From Takakia lepidozioides (lineage: Eukaryota > Plantae > Bryophyta): a stretch of 64,000 nt of DNA. Under the pieces are notes generated by a model. The model was not told the DNA's origin, searched no databases, and worked only from the letters and a program-made list of their open reading frames with translations. This document shows, piece after piece, positions 63,455 to 64,000 of this stretch; positions within the stretch are counted from its first letter, which is position 1, and each line of letters opens with the position of its first letter. A program made the translations under genes and the position numbers. The stretch covers positions 16,926,001 to 16,990,000 of the forward strand of contig CM060732.1 of assembly GCA_030704615.1 (NCBI GenBank), written 5' to 3'.

Positions 63455-63985
63455 ACCGTTTAGGCGATAATTAATTCAAAATGAAAGTGCCTAACGCGTT
63501 CTGGGAATTTTTCAGATTTTGGCCTAATTGTTCGGAAACTATGCCAAAGTGCCTAATGCCTAAAACTAATTCCAGCAAAAAACTTTCAAGCCTCAGCTTC
63601 TCATGTTGCCTGTAATAAGATGAAAATTTCATTGAACAAAAATCAATACAAATATATGTGTGTGGAAATAACTTCCTACAAATCCCAATCTATTTGCTAG
63701 AGCTCCATGTAACTTTGAAACTTCGAAAGGCCCATGCATGGACTCGACAATGTCATCATATTCATCCTCCTCGCTGATCATCATGATCTCTCCATCTACC
63801 TTGTCCACCACATTGAGATCACATCATTTTCAATGTGCAGATTTGCAAGACATATACACATAGTTTCCTCTACACTAAGTCAAGGTATAGCATGAAGATG
63901 CCTAATGTGAGAAATGGTTTGAGAAACGTGCCTAAGCAGTCTGTTTGGTTTAAATAATTATTAGGCGCAAAAATGCCTAAACGGT
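63455..63985. repeat. Dispersed GCCTAA/TTAGGC motifs, probably DNA-transposon subterminal repeats (element end lies beyond the window)
   Basis: About nine (T/G)GCCTAA or TTAGGC motifs in both orientations. Confidence 0.45.
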
Positions 63986-64000
63986 TGTCCAATCACAACA

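Overview
Eukaryotic nuclear DNA from a land plant, most likely a non-seed plant such as a bryophyte or lycophyte (inferred from the protein sequences, TE complement and an 18S fragment; not certain). There are four intact-looking spliced genes. TRAPPC8 (+, about 28 exons, 2213-20218). RAD54 (+, about 21662-28567). A DREB2-type AP2/ERF factor (-, 39045-40538). A nitrilase-family omega-amidase NLP3/NIT2 (-, 10 exons, 42319-51596). Introns and intergenic space hold an unusual TE set: (1) a full-length but frameshifted piggyBac transposon with perfect TIRs and TTAA target sites, plus a diverged non-autonomous relative 1 kb away; (2) a CRE-like non-LTR element with a restriction-like endonuclease; (3) an RTE/RTEX-like LINE family associated with TC tracts (four insertions, one only 42 bp); (4) a tRNA-derived SINE head; (5) a Ty3/Gypsy gag-protease element with an antisense 18S rRNA 3'-end fragment in the start of gag, closed by an inverted partial LTR. 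The last 12 kb are nested, decayed TE material. The best novelty candidates are the plant piggyBac autonomous/non-autonomous pair, the rRNA-carrying inverted-LTR element and the CRE-like element. Coordinates were counted by hand, and exon and TE boundaries are approximate where stated.
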